Positions 19,471 through 29,089 of a DNA stretch of 64,000 nt are shown here, in pieces. How positions within the stretch are numbered: position 1 is the first letter of the stretch; every line of letters begins with the position of its first letter. The stretch covers positions 26,264 to 90,263 of the forward strand of contig JBCCQQ010000007.1 in assembly GCA_039024555.1 (NCBI GenBank). Direction: 5' to 3'. The position numbers were made by a program, and so were the translations under genes. This DNA comes from Cyanobacteria bacterium P01_D01_bin.156 (lineage in GTDB: Bacteria > Cyanobacteriota > Cyanobacteriia > Phormidesmidales > Phormidesmidaceae). A model generated the notes under the pieces. The model worked only from the letters and a program-made list of their open reading frames with translations. It did not search any database and was not told where the DNA came from.

Positions 19471-19787
19471 AGCAGCCAGAAAATCACAATTTCGATTATG
19501 CTAAACCACTGCTAATTTCAAGGTTATCATCGTGAATAAACTCTTCAAATTCTAGGTTCTGGAAGAACAGATGGTACATTATCAGAACTAAGGAATTAAG
19601 CTTTGATAAGTTCTTGATCTTGGGCTTTCAATTCTAAGTTGTTATTGCAACTGCACGCTTAGAGCTTATAACTGACTCGTTCCTGAGTGGTTTACTTTTT
19701 ATAACCTGGTGGAGAGGGCTAATTTTTCCTAGTGATGCTGGGATAATCAACCATCTCTAATCACAGAGATATTTTTCAGGGTCGCTG

Positions 19788-21893
19788 ATGAGTTTATGCA
19801 TTAATCCCAATTGTTCTCGCCCCGATCACCCACGCAACAGTGAGTCAAGTACCTGTCAAGCCTGTGGAACAGCCTTGGTGTTAGAAGGTCGCTATCGTGT
19901 GATGCGGTTGCTAAGCAGCCAAACTGGTTTTGGCACAGTGTATGAAGCCTATGAGCGAGATGTGCCTAGGGTTTTAAAGATTCTACGACCTGAACATAGC
20001 GGTATCCCCAAAATCTTGGCCATGTTTCAGCATGAGGCTGAGGTCCTGAGTCAGTTACGCCATCCGGGAGTGCCCTTTGTTGAAGCGGATGGATATTTTA
20101 CGATTACGCCACCCAGTAGCGCCGTGATCCTGCACTGCATTGTGATGGAGAAAATTGATGGTGTTGATCTAACTCAATGGATGCAGCAGCAGGGGCATCA
20201 TCCGATTCAGGAACGGCAAGCGATCGCATGGCTAACTCAGCTGGTTAAGATTTTGGACCAGTTACACTGCAACAGTTATTTTCACCGGGACATTAAACCC
20301 CAAAATGTCATGCTGCGCACTAGTGGGCAGTTAGCTTTGGTGGATTTTGGGGCGGCTCGCGAGGTGACACAAACTTACCTAGCCCAGGTTAGTCGAGGGG
20401 GCGTGGCTACCGCTATTAGTTCAGCTGGCTATACGCCTCCAGAACAGGAACATGGACAGGCTGTACCCCAGTCAGATTTTTATGCGTTAGGGCGCACTTT
20501 CATTTATCTGCTGACAGCTAAATCCCCAACCGATACAGCCTTGTATGATTCTTTGCGCAATCGTTTTGATTGGCGATCCCATGCTCCCAATATTTCAGAA
20601 GGTCTGGCAGATTTATTAGATAGTATGACGGCCTCGCGGGCGATTGCTCGCCCCGCCAATGCCCAAGAGATTTTAGGGCGTTTAGACCAATTAGCCGCGT
20701 CAAGGTGCGGGCAGGTAGGTCAATCCTACTTTCCGGAAACCTCTATGCCCAAGGTTTATTCTGCGACCAATGATGTCTCTACGGCAGGAATTTCTGCTAA
20801 CGGTGCCACAAATTTGCAGATGGGAATTACTACACCATCCTGGCGGACATTGCCGAAGACGATGTTTAGGCCAAAACGACGGTGGTCGCTCAAAGCGATA
20901 GGTGTTCTGGGGGGATTTTTGTTGGCTGCAAGCGCGATCGCACTTTATCGTTATTCATTTTTAGAACGGGCTTCAATATCCCAAACAGCGGTTGCCCAGG
21001 CCGGGGTGCAATTACAACGCACACTGCCGAATCATAGCAGCACTATTAATGACCTACTGATATTTGTTGACGGACTACGGATGGTGAGTGCGAGTGCCGA
21101 CAAAACGATTCGGCTGTGGGATTTAACCACGGGACAACTTCTACAGACCTGGGACAACCAAAGTAGCTTTGTAAATACGATTTTGCTGAGTCACGATGAG
21201 ACCCGTCTCTACAGTGGCAATGCTGATGGTTCATTGCGTAGTTGGGTGGTTGCTAACGGTACCCAACTTTGGCAAAACTCCATGGCCCACCAGGGACCGA
21301 TTAATGCCCTAACCCGCACTCCCGACGGTCAACAATTACTCAGTGCCGGGGCCGATGGCATTATCCATATTTGGCAAGCCAGTACCGGCAAAATGCTGCG
21401 TTCCATCGATACTGGTCAAGGGACAATCAACAGTCTGGTGATAACGTCTGATCGCCGGTACCTCATCACTGGGGGGAGCGATCGCACCATCCGCGTTTGG
21501 GATTTTGCCACCGGCAAAGCAGAACGTAAACTAACCGATCATGACAGCTTTATCAATGCTTTGGCCATTAGCCCCGATGGACGCTTTTTGTTTAGCGCCA
21601 GTGCCGATGGCACCGTCCGCCAATGGCGTATTGAAACAGGTAAGCTGCTGAAAACTTTAGTCGGTCACTCCAGCTACGTAAACGATATTGTGTTTAGCCG
21701 CGATGGTCGTACCTTAAGTACTGGTAGTGCCGACAAGACAGTGCGTATTTGGAATGTGGAAACAGGTGTTGCAGAGCAGGTGATAACAGGGTTCAACATG
21801 TTTATCGATCATTTGCTGGTGTTGCCAACGGCGCAAATTGTGACCGCCAGCGAAGCTGCATCGACGATTAAAATTTGGCAAGTGAGTCAATAA
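19788..21893 (+). CDS. Hanks-type Ser/Thr protein kinase with transmembrane helix and WD40 repeats
   Basis: N-terminal 4-Cys prefix (CINPNC...CQACG), GFGTVY, HRDIKPQN, DFG, GYTPPEQ. TM helix AIGVLGGFLLAASAIALY. About 7 GH/WD-like repeats (SASADKTIRLWD). Confidence 0.93.
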   Translation: MSLCINPNCSRPDHPRNSESSTCQACGTALVLEGRYRVMRLLSSQTGFGTVYEAYERDVPRVLKILRPEHSGIPKILAMFQHEAEVLSQLRHPGVPFVEADGYFTITPPSSAVILHCIVMEKIDGVDLTQWMQQQGHHPIQERQAIAWLTQLVKILDQLHCNSYFHRDIKPQNVMLRTSGQLALVDFGAAREVTQTYLAQVSRGGVATAISSAGYTPPEQEHGQAVPQSDFYALGRTFIYLLTAKSPTDTALYDSLRNRFDWRSHAPNISEGLADLLDSMTASRAIARPANAQEILGRLDQLAASRCGQVGQSYFPETSMPKVYSATNDVSTAGISANGATNLQMGITTPSWRTLPKTMFRPKRRWSLKAIGVLGGFLLAASAIALYRYSFLERASISQTAVAQAGVQLQRTLPNHSSTINDLLIFVDGLRMVSASADKTIRLWDLTTGQLLQTWDNQSSFVNTILLSHDETRLYSGNADGSLRSWVVANGTQLWQNSMAHQGPINALTRTPDGQQLLSAGADGIIHIWQASTGKMLRSIDTGQGTINSLVITSDRRYLITGGSDRTIRVWDFATGKAERKLTDHDSFINALAISPDGRFLFSASADGTVRQWRIETGKLLKTLVGHSSYVNDIVFSRDGRTLSTGSADKTVRIWNVETGVAEQVITGFNMFIDHLLVLPTAQIVTASEAASTIKIWQVSQ

Positions 21894-21907
21894 ACTGGGT
21901 ATCAACC

Positions 21908-21993
21908 TAAGCCGAGAAATCTTGGCTGGGAGTGAATTCGGAAGGCAGAATTCGGAAGGCAGAAAGGCAGGGCACTACTCCGAACTTTGAACT
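21908..21993. repeat. Short dispersed repeat element (same family as 2458 and 44073)
   Basis: TAAGCCGAGAAATCTTGGCT, then tandem GAATTCGGAAGGCA x2 + GAAAGGCA, then TCCGAACTTTGAACT. Lies between convergent genes. Confidence 0.5.
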
Positions 21994-22079
21994 ATGATTG
22001 CCGTAGGAAAGCTTTTTGCTTTGTGTTGGTGACCAAGCCATCAGCCATGTCTGATTGAACTGCGGATGTACAGTCCCCT

Positions 22080-22622
22080 TCAATCTCCCCCTTTTATGGA
22101 AGCTGCTGAGGCCAATATTTCAGCCCCTGAGCGCATCTGCCCAATGTCTGCCTCCGACCATGCTTTGGTTGCTCGGCAATGGTGGGCAACTAATAACCCC
22201 CATAATCCTTGCTCCGTTAATATGGGCACTACCAAATTGGCCCGAACGTGTAAGTGTCTAAGAAAGTCACGGTGGCAAGGCTCAATGGCGGCTGTTTCAA
22301 TATCTGAGATCGCGCTGACTCGGCCTGATAAATACAGCTCAGCATACTCACTGCTAAAGCACTGGTCTGGTCCAGTGGACCCATAGATGGAGAACTCTCC
22401 TGAACTCAAGGCTTCAAAGGTTACCTGACCTTCCCATTGAGTGTAAAAATAATAGAGCACGACCCGATCCACCTGGAGAAAATTCCGGATATCGTCAGTG
22501 GTACTTTGCACCAGCTGATCGCGCTGCATGCTCTCGCCCAGACGCCGCAGTATAGAGCGCATAGCGCCTACTTCCGAACTGAGTCGCCGAGTATGGATAT
22601 CTGGATCAAACTGCGTTGACAT
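22080..22622 (-). CDS. Stand-alone GAF protein, putative DXCF cyanobacteriochrome
   Basis: VDRVVLYYF...DQCF...GRVSAISDI...PCHRDFL...RANLVVPIL...LWGLLVAHHC. Both bilin-binding Cys motifs present, no output domain. Confidence 0.85.
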   Translation of the reverse strand: MSTQFDPDIHTRRLSSEVGAMRSILRRLGESMQRDQLVQSTTDDIRNFLQVDRVVLYYFYTQWEGQVTFEALSSGEFSIYGSTGPDQCFSSEYAELYLSGRVSAISDIETAAIEPCHRDFLRHLHVRANLVVPILTEQGLWGLLVAHHCRATKAWSEADIGQMRSGAEILASAASIKGGD

Positions 22623-22859
22623 AGGAATGCAGTACTCCTCAGCATCCCTTCCCTTTTACCACTTGCTGTAGAAATACATTTGCTTATTCACAGAATCTTA
22701 AACCTCGCTACTTATTGCTACGTGAGATCGCTCATATTGTGGACTTGTGCATAAATCTATGGGTTCTATTGAATTTGTTGTAGACGAAGAGGTGTAATTT
22801 TCAGGCAAACCACCGCGTCAGAGATAATGGCTGTTTTTTAAGATTTGAAAAACAATATC

Positions 22860-23669
22860 CTATAAAGAATAGTCACGTAAGTCTGCTTCTGAATTACCCT
22901 CTAGATAGATCACACCTTGCACATTGTTTTGTTCAATGGGCTCTAACCAAACAAAGCTGTTGGTCTTATTATAGTTTTCTAATGATTCTTGCTGACCTTC
23001 AAAAGCATTGCTAATAAGCTCTTCCAACCGCTTGGCAACAAAGAGACGTTCAAATGGGATCTCATTCTCACTTTGATTGTCAGGTACAGAATACCGAGTC
23101 TGGTTATTGTAATACCACAGAGCATCTGTATCAGATGGATCGGGTAAGTAAAGCGTTGCTGACCAAACTAGCTCTGAACGGGTCAATGTTTCAAATGCCT
23201 GTTGTAACTGAGAAGAGGCTGTAGGCGCTGCCAGATCGGATGGCAAAAAACTAGCGATCTTTGGTGATAGTTGCTGAGTTTGTTGCTGTACTAGCTGGCG
23301 AAATACTCCCTGACGATGCTCTTGGACACCGGCATTTACTAAACTCAGGGCGATCAACAATCCTACTAGCGCAGAAACGCCTAGCACACTGCGTTTCGCA
23401 AAGTAACCAAGGCGAGGTGGTGGCGGTAAAACTCTCCCCTCGTGGGAAGCACGCATAATCTCCACAATTTCTAGTAAACCTAGAACAAAACTCAGCGCTA
23501 TCCCTACACCTGCCAGCACCAAACAAGAAAAAAATACGCCATACAGAAAATTTTCGACACTTTGGCTAAAAATATTCCAGCCTAAAAAAGCGTCAAATAA
23601 CCCTACAATCACCAATACAGCACCAATGGAAAGCAAAATAGCCGTGGTGCGAATTACAAGTCGAATCAT
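22860..23669 (-). CDS. Hypothetical membrane protein (3 N-terminal TM helices plus soluble domain)
   Basis: 269-aa ORF with three hydrophobic segments in the first ~115 aa. No family recognised. Confidence 0.7.
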   Translation of the reverse strand: MIRLVIRTTAILLSIGAVLVIVGLFDAFLGWNIFSQSVENFLYGVFFSCLVLAGVGIALSFVLGLLEIVEIMRASHEGRVLPPPPRLGYFAKRSVLGVSALVGLLIALSLVNAGVQEHRQGVFRQLVQQQTQQLSPKIASFLPSDLAAPTASSQLQQAFETLTRSELVWSATLYLPDPSDTDALWYYNNQTRYSVPDNQSENEIPFERLFVAKRLEELISNAFEGQQESLENYNKTNSFVWLEPIEQNNVQGVIYLEGNSEADLRDYSL

Positions 23670-23875
23670 TCTGTAACTTTTTGAATCATTTTAAATACAC
23701 TTCTATACCTTCAAAACGATCCATTAAGGTTCTTGACTACTTTAGGCCTCTCCCTCAGGAGAAATCTAAAGGAATACGCATAAAAACGAGGTTGCATCAG
23801 TCAGTTACAACATACTGATGGTCATGACAAAACTGTCGCAGACAGTCAACGTTACGGTTTGGCAGAAGGTTTCCC

Positions 23876-24757
23876 ATGGAATTCAAGCAGCTTATTCTTT
23901 TAGGGCCTCCCGGTATTCAGCTTCAGGGCCAGGCGAAGGCCCTGGCTGGCCGCTGGCATATTCCCCATGTGTCTATGGGGCGACTAATTCAGGATGCAAT
24001 TGGTAAACAATCCACCATTGGTATAGACATCACTGCTTATATAGAAGCAGGAGAGCCAGTGCCAGATGCATTAATGATGAAGCTGCTGCGAAAGCGGCTA
24101 GAGCAGCCGGATACGATGCTTCAGGGCTATGTTCTAGAAGGGTTTCCTTGCACATTGGCCCAGGCGGAGGCATTAAATGAATGGTTGGCCAAAGTCGGTC
24201 AGCCAGCAGCGACAGTTGCCTACCTAAAAGCAATGACTGGGTTGTTGATTGATCGGCTATCTAGGGAAAATGCATCCCTGCCAGAGATTCGCCGTCAGTT
24301 AGCACAGCACAAGGAAGCTGTGGCACCGTTGCTAAACTACTATGCGCAACAAAAGCAGCTGACAACTATCAACGCCAGTAAGTCTAAAGCTGAAATTACC
24401 CAGGCATTGGCAGAACTATTTGAGCAAGAAACGGGAGCCGCCGATTTTATTCAGAATGAGTCGGAACTGAATGCTCTTTTGGCAAGAGAGCCCTTGTTGG
24501 TGGTGGACTGTATGGCCTCTTGGTGTGGGTCTTGCAAGCTAGTGACGCCGCTGATCGATCAGTTGGCTGATGCCTATCGGGATCGGGTAAATGTGAGAAA
24601 GCTCGATTTTGACTCAAATAAGCAGGTAAAACAGCGATTTGGGTTAAAGGGAATGCCTGCAGTTATGTTTTTTAAAGGGGGAGAGCTAGTAGAAATCCTA
24701 ACTGGGGTAAAACCCTATCAGGCGTACAATGCCACCGTTGCTCATCTCTTGGATTAG
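23876..24757 (+). CDS. Degenerate adenylate-kinase-like domain fused to a C-terminal thioredoxin
   Basis: Adk fold motifs ILLGPPG, IPHVSMG, GEPVPD, GYVLEGFP, PLLNYY. Thioredoxin VVDCMASWCGSC...GMPAVMFFKGG. Confidence 0.85.
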   Translation: MEFKQLILLGPPGIQLQGQAKALAGRWHIPHVSMGRLIQDAIGKQSTIGIDITAYIEAGEPVPDALMMKLLRKRLEQPDTMLQGYVLEGFPCTLAQAEALNEWLAKVGQPAATVAYLKAMTGLLIDRLSRENASLPEIRRQLAQHKEAVAPLLNYYAQQKQLTTINASKSKAEITQALAELFEQETGAADFIQNESELNALLAREPLLVVDCMASWCGSCKLVTPLIDQLADAYRDRVNVRKLDFDSNKQVKQRFGLKGMPAVMFFKGGELVEILTGVKPYQAYNATVAHLLD

Positions 24758-24879
24758 AGTCCTTATTCTTCAAGGATGATTTTAATAGCGTCCAACTCAC
24801 GACATATATTTTTGAATGAAGATAGATGCCTGGGTCAACGTTAGAACATGTCCAGTAAAGAAGTTAACGGGTATCCAGT

Positions 24880-24944
24880 CCTCCTAAGTCCCACAGTTTG
24901 GGAGCTTTGACTCTTATCTACTGAAGGATTGGGCGGTTAGAGAG
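24880..24944. repeat. Possible eroded cyanobacterial C-rich/G-rich hairpin dispersed repeat between convergent genes
   Basis: CCTCCTAAGTCCC...TTTGGGAGCTTTGA...ATTGGGCGGTTAGAGAG resembles, from memory, such intergenic repeats. Weak. Confidence 0.3.
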
Positions 24945-25039
24945 TATTCAACTATTACAGTCTTGCCGAGAAAACACCCTGCCTCCTACTGTTGTTATTT
25001 AATAATCTCTTGCTAAGTCTTTAACAGATATTCAGCCAC

Positions 25040-27553
25040 TTACAACCCAATTAAAAAGAAGGCTGCCCAATCTCGGGGGTTAGGATGTTTTTCTAATGTA
25101 GCTAACATTGCCTTACGCAGAGCCACTGCTTTATCCGGCTCTGTTTGTAGCTGATTGTAAAATTCCGTCATTAGCATTGCTGTGGCTTCATCGGGTACCG
25201 CCCACAGGGATGCGACTAAGTTGTTTGCTCCGGCTGCTAAAAAGGATCTTGACAGGCCGACTACACCATCTCCAGTAATCCTTCCCCGACCTGTATTGCA
25301 GGCACTTAAAACCACCAAATCCGCTTTTAGGTTTAACTGCATTACCTCTTGGGCAGTCAGTAACCCATCATCAGATGGATCGTTGCTTACAGGTGTTAAT
25401 GCGATCGCACTGCTCAACCCTTGCTGCTCATCCAATAACCCATGGGTGGCTAGATGAATAATATCCGCATCGGCCAACCGTTCCCGAACAATGGCTTCTG
25501 TTGCTGCTGCACCCAGTAGTGGATCGGTATTGAGCAGAGGCGCGATCGCAACCGCCTCTGCCTCTGCCCCTGGTAACGGTGTTAACGGCATCGGGGGACC
25601 ACCGAGTCTAATCGGCACCGACGGCATCTCTGGATTGCCCACAATTACAGCTGAACGATCCACACCTACCACCAGAGATTCCCCTGGGCGCTTTGCTAAA
25701 CGCTGTTGCAAAATGGTTAGCGTCTGTAGCGACGGTGTTGTTACTAACGTGTGATTTTCAATCAGATACGTTCCTTCGGAACTTTGCAATGCTGGAAAGG
25801 GCACCAAAAACAGTTCCCGATGGGGTACCACAATTACTTTTTCTGTAGACGAGGTTGGTAAATATTGCTCAATTGGCTCAACCAACACCCTATAAAGCTG
25901 TTGGAGATGCTCTGGATTTTTGATTGCCTGAGCCGTTTGAAAGCTCTGCCCCCAGGCATTAAAGCCACGTACGCCGAGACTATCTTGACTTGCCTGGAGT
26001 AATGTTTTGATGGAGCCCGGCTGCTGGGTTAAATCCACCTGCTCGAAGTGGATATCGCCACTAGGCTGAACGACCCAAATCAATAGTGTGCGTTCCTCAA
26101 ATCGACTCCGCCCCAAAGAAGGCTGACGAATCATAGAATACTGCACCAGTGTGGCCGACTGTTGTTTGGCTAATGTTTTAATTTGATCAATGGTGAGGTT
26201 TTCAACAGCTGCAGTCGCTGTTGTTTCCGTTGACTGATTTGCCAACAATTCAGCAAAGGCTCTAGCTCTCCCTCGTTCTGATACCTCCAGAGCGGCTTTT
26301 ACGTTACCCTGCTCAATCAGGAGCTGTTGGAACTGATCGTAAAGATAGGACTGGGTCTCAAACAGAGAGATTTTGTTAATGTCCTGTAGACCTGGTTGCA
26401 GTGCCTCAAATTTTTCTAGGGCTTCGTATAGTGTCTTTTCTGCTTTAGACCGGTTTCCCTGGCTCCGTTCAATATTGGCAAGGCCACTCAACGCTGTGAT
26501 TTGCCCAATTTCGTCATAGTTGTTGCTGGCCCAGGCATAGGCATTGGTGTAATACTCCAGTGCGGTCTCTGGTTGTTGCCGAGCTAAGTGTAACTGCCCT
26601 AAATGGCTTAATGTGCGGCTATATTCTGGCCCTACATATTTATCTCGATAGCCTAGGGCTTCTGTAAAGGTATCCAGTGCTTTATTAAACTGGCCTTGTT
26701 CCGCATATAGCTCTCCCAAACTGTTGAGAATACTGGCCAACTCGTGCCACTGACCAAAGGAAATAGCCACCTGCCGAGCTTCTAGATAAGCATCCCGTGC
26801 CTGAGCATAGGCCTGACGCTGTAGGTAAACATGCCCCAAACCATTCAGATAGCGGGGTATTCCCTGCCAGTAACCCATGGATTTTGCCGTTGCCAAGGCT
26901 GCTTCATAGGAAACTTCTGCCTGGTCGTAGTCTCCTAGGGTGTAGTGAATATTTGCCATTTCTCCCTGGGCACGGGCACGATCCACTCGATCTGAACTAC
27001 GAGACAGGGTAGCCTGCAGCGTTGTGATGGCTCGGCTGTACTGCCCTGTGTGGCGATAGATTTCTCCCAGGGCCAGATTTACCCGATTGCGTTCTGCAAA
27101 GTCTGGTAGCAGACCTGGCTGTACCTGCCTCAGTCGCTGCCAGCTGCGGGAAATGTTCCCTTGCTCTAGCCAGATTAGCGCCTGCATTAGAAACTGTCGG
27201 TTTCGCTGGGGTAAAAATGCTGCTGACGGCAGTGACGGTTGTTCCGTTTGATTGAGTATTTGCTGGGCGCGGTTGTAGTTACCCAAACGATAGTAAGCAA
27301 AACTCAAATCAATCAGGCTGTTATGCTCTCCCACCGGGTCCCCGGCCTGGCGATATAGCTCGACTGCCATCTCTAAGGGACGAAGAGCGGCCCTGCTGTT
27401 ACCGAGCTGTAAAAACGAACGCCCCTGCTGATATTGGGTTTGGGCACTGTTCTCTGTTGTGAATGTTGTCGGTTTAGAGTGTGCTGGTGCTATCCAAGGG
27501 CCGATCAGTAACCCCATACTTAGCAACCAACCAACCCTATGGAACTTGCTCAT
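25040..27553 (-). CDS. TPR-repeat + CHAT domain protease with signal peptide
   Basis: N-terminal hydrophobic leader (...PWIAPAHS), multiple TPRs, ALEVSERGRARAF, IIHLATHG and VVLSACNTG (His/Cys dyad), and a HPNPRDWAAFFLIG end. Confidence 0.92.
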   Translation of the reverse strand: MSKFHRVGWLLSMGLLIGPWIAPAHSKPTTFTTENSAQTQYQQGRSFLQLGNSRAALRPLEMAVELYRQAGDPVGEHNSLIDLSFAYYRLGNYNRAQQILNQTEQPSLPSAAFLPQRNRQFLMQALIWLEQGNISRSWQRLRQVQPGLLPDFAERNRVNLALGEIYRHTGQYSRAITTLQATLSRSSDRVDRARAQGEMANIHYTLGDYDQAEVSYEAALATAKSMGYWQGIPRYLNGLGHVYLQRQAYAQARDAYLEARQVAISFGQWHELASILNSLGELYAEQGQFNKALDTFTEALGYRDKYVGPEYSRTLSHLGQLHLARQQPETALEYYTNAYAWASNNYDEIGQITALSGLANIERSQGNRSKAEKTLYEALEKFEALQPGLQDINKISLFETQSYLYDQFQQLLIEQGNVKAALEVSERGRARAFAELLANQSTETTATAAVENLTIDQIKTLAKQQSATLVQYSMIRQPSLGRSRFEERTLLIWVVQPSGDIHFEQVDLTQQPGSIKTLLQASQDSLGVRGFNAWGQSFQTAQAIKNPEHLQQLYRVLVEPIEQYLPTSSTEKVIVVPHRELFLVPFPALQSSEGTYLIENHTLVTTPSLQTLTILQQRLAKRPGESLVVGVDRSAVIVGNPEMPSVPIRLGGPPMPLTPLPGAEAEAVAIAPLLNTDPLLGAAATEAIVRERLADADIIHLATHGLLDEQQGLSSAIALTPVSNDPSDDGLLTAQEVMQLNLKADLVVLSACNTGRGRITGDGVVGLSRSFLAAGANNLVASLWAVPDEATAMLMTEFYNQLQTEPDKAVALRKAMLATLEKHPNPRDWAAFFLIGL

Positions 27554-27859
27554 AATTTTTACCCTATGGCAAGACAGCCTCTACTATATGCGCGGCACGG
27601 CTGATTTTTAGGAGAAGCGTGGTTATCATGTTCGGACTGTTTTGTTTCCTACCTCAGCAACGGTAGTCACCCCTTCGTTTCTACAGGCTCAACTGGACAA
27701 TTTAGGAAAATTAGAGAAAGGATTAAACTACTCGACTACTTTTCATAACTGAAAGCTACAGAGACGAACGTTTATCAATGGGTTGTGGACTTGCACCTCC
27801 CTGGTAGACCAGTTGCTATCCTTTGAGATGGTGGTGAGTTCCCAGGGCAAATTGGCAGC

Positions 27860-29089
27860 ATGAAGGTTCTACATAAACGGCGCTGGATAACGATCTTGCT
27901 GTTTGGTTTAGCAATACTCGTATCGCTTGGGTTTTGGTGGCACCGTGCCCCAGCTATGGGAACCAATGTAGCCGTAGCCACGAAGGCCAATTTCTGGGGA
28001 AAGCGCCATGTATCCACGGCGGTACAATCGGGTTTTGCCCAGGCGGACCAAGCCGCTCGTATGGCCCAGACAGCTCGCACCGTGGATGAATGGGACCAGG
28101 TGGTCAGTGCTTGGACAGGTGCGATCGCAACGTTACAAACGATTCCTGCCCAAAGTCCAGAACGTTTTTTTGTACAGCGCAAACAGCAAGAATACTTGGC
28201 TAACCTGGCCCTGGCCCAGCAACAGGCGGACAAAATGCCCAACGTATTTCCTAGCCTGGGCAGCGCCATTTTGGATGATCAGCTGCGGCTGTATTTGAGC
28301 TATGTTGCCACCTTTGGCCCACCGGAGATTTTAATGGTGGGTAGCTCACGGGCGCTGCAGGGAATGGACCCTCGACAGCTACAAGGACCATTAAACGAGC
28401 AGGGCTATTCTGTCAGGGTTTATAACTTTAGCGTGAATGGTGCCACGGCTCAGGTGATGAACTTTGTGCTGCAGCGATTGCTAACGCCGGATCAGTTGCC
28501 CCAGCTGGTGATTTGGGGAGATGGTTCCCGTGCCTTTAACAGTCGGCGGCTGGATGTTACCTTTGCTCAAATTTTAGCCTCACCCGGCTACCAGGCGATG
28601 TTAGCCGGTCAGCGTCCAGGTTTTAGTGATAGTCCTGCGATTTCTAGACCTCCCACTGGCATTACGGCCTATGGTTTTTCGCCAGTGGCCGATGTGTTTG
28701 ACCCGGCTGTTTTTTATCAAACCTATCCTCGGGTCAGTGGTCGCTACGACGGGTTTTATAATCCCTTTGGTCTAACCGGATTGCAAGAAGGCTCGTTGCG
28801 ATCGCTAGTGGGCTATCTCAAAGGCCGCAACGTTGAGTTAATTTACGTCAATCTACCCCTCAGCGGCGACTACCTAGATAGCTTCCGTCTAGGCCTAGAG
28901 CAACAGTTTCAAGAATTTCTACAAACCGAGAGCCAGCGCCTAGGCTTTAAGGTCATTGATTTACTGACCCAATGGACCAGCCAAAATGTATTTTTTGCTG
29001 ACCCCAGCCATTTAAACCAACAAGGTGCTGCCGCCATTTCTCAACAGCTCACTAAAAACCCCCTCGTATTAGAAAAACTGAATGGTTAG
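27860..29089 (+). CDS. Membrane-anchored SGNH-like protein (DUF1574/DltD-like) with cyanobacterial helical repeat
   Basis: N-terminal TM helix, AQTA..EW..V..AW..AI..L..IP..SP repeat, then LMVGSSR, YNFSVNGA and FFADPSHLN (S...D..H triad pattern). Confidence 0.7.
   Translation: MKVLHKRRWITILLFGLAILVSLGFWWHRAPAMGTNVAVATKANFWGKRHVSTAVQSGFAQADQAARMAQTARTVDEWDQVVSAWTGAIATLQTIPAQSPERFFVQRKQQEYLANLALAQQQADKMPNVFPSLGSAILDDQLRLYLSYVATFGPPEILMVGSSRALQGMDPRQLQGPLNEQGYSVRVYNFSVNGATAQVMNFVLQRLLTPDQLPQLVIWGDGSRAFNSRRLDVTFAQILASPGYQAMLAGQRPGFSDSPAISRPPTGITAYGFSPVADVFDPAVFYQTYPRVSGRYDGFYNPFGLTGLQEGSLRSLVGYLKGRNVELIYVNLPLSGDYLDSFRLGLEQQFQEFLQTESQRLGFKVIDLLTQWTSQNVFFADPSHLNQQGAAAISQQLTKNPLVLEKLNG

Noticed and set aside
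22804-22835. GGCAAACC start resembling a c-di-GMP (GEMM-I) riboswitch
   Set aside because: The GNRA loop, GACGCAAAG segment and P2 stem are not present downstream.
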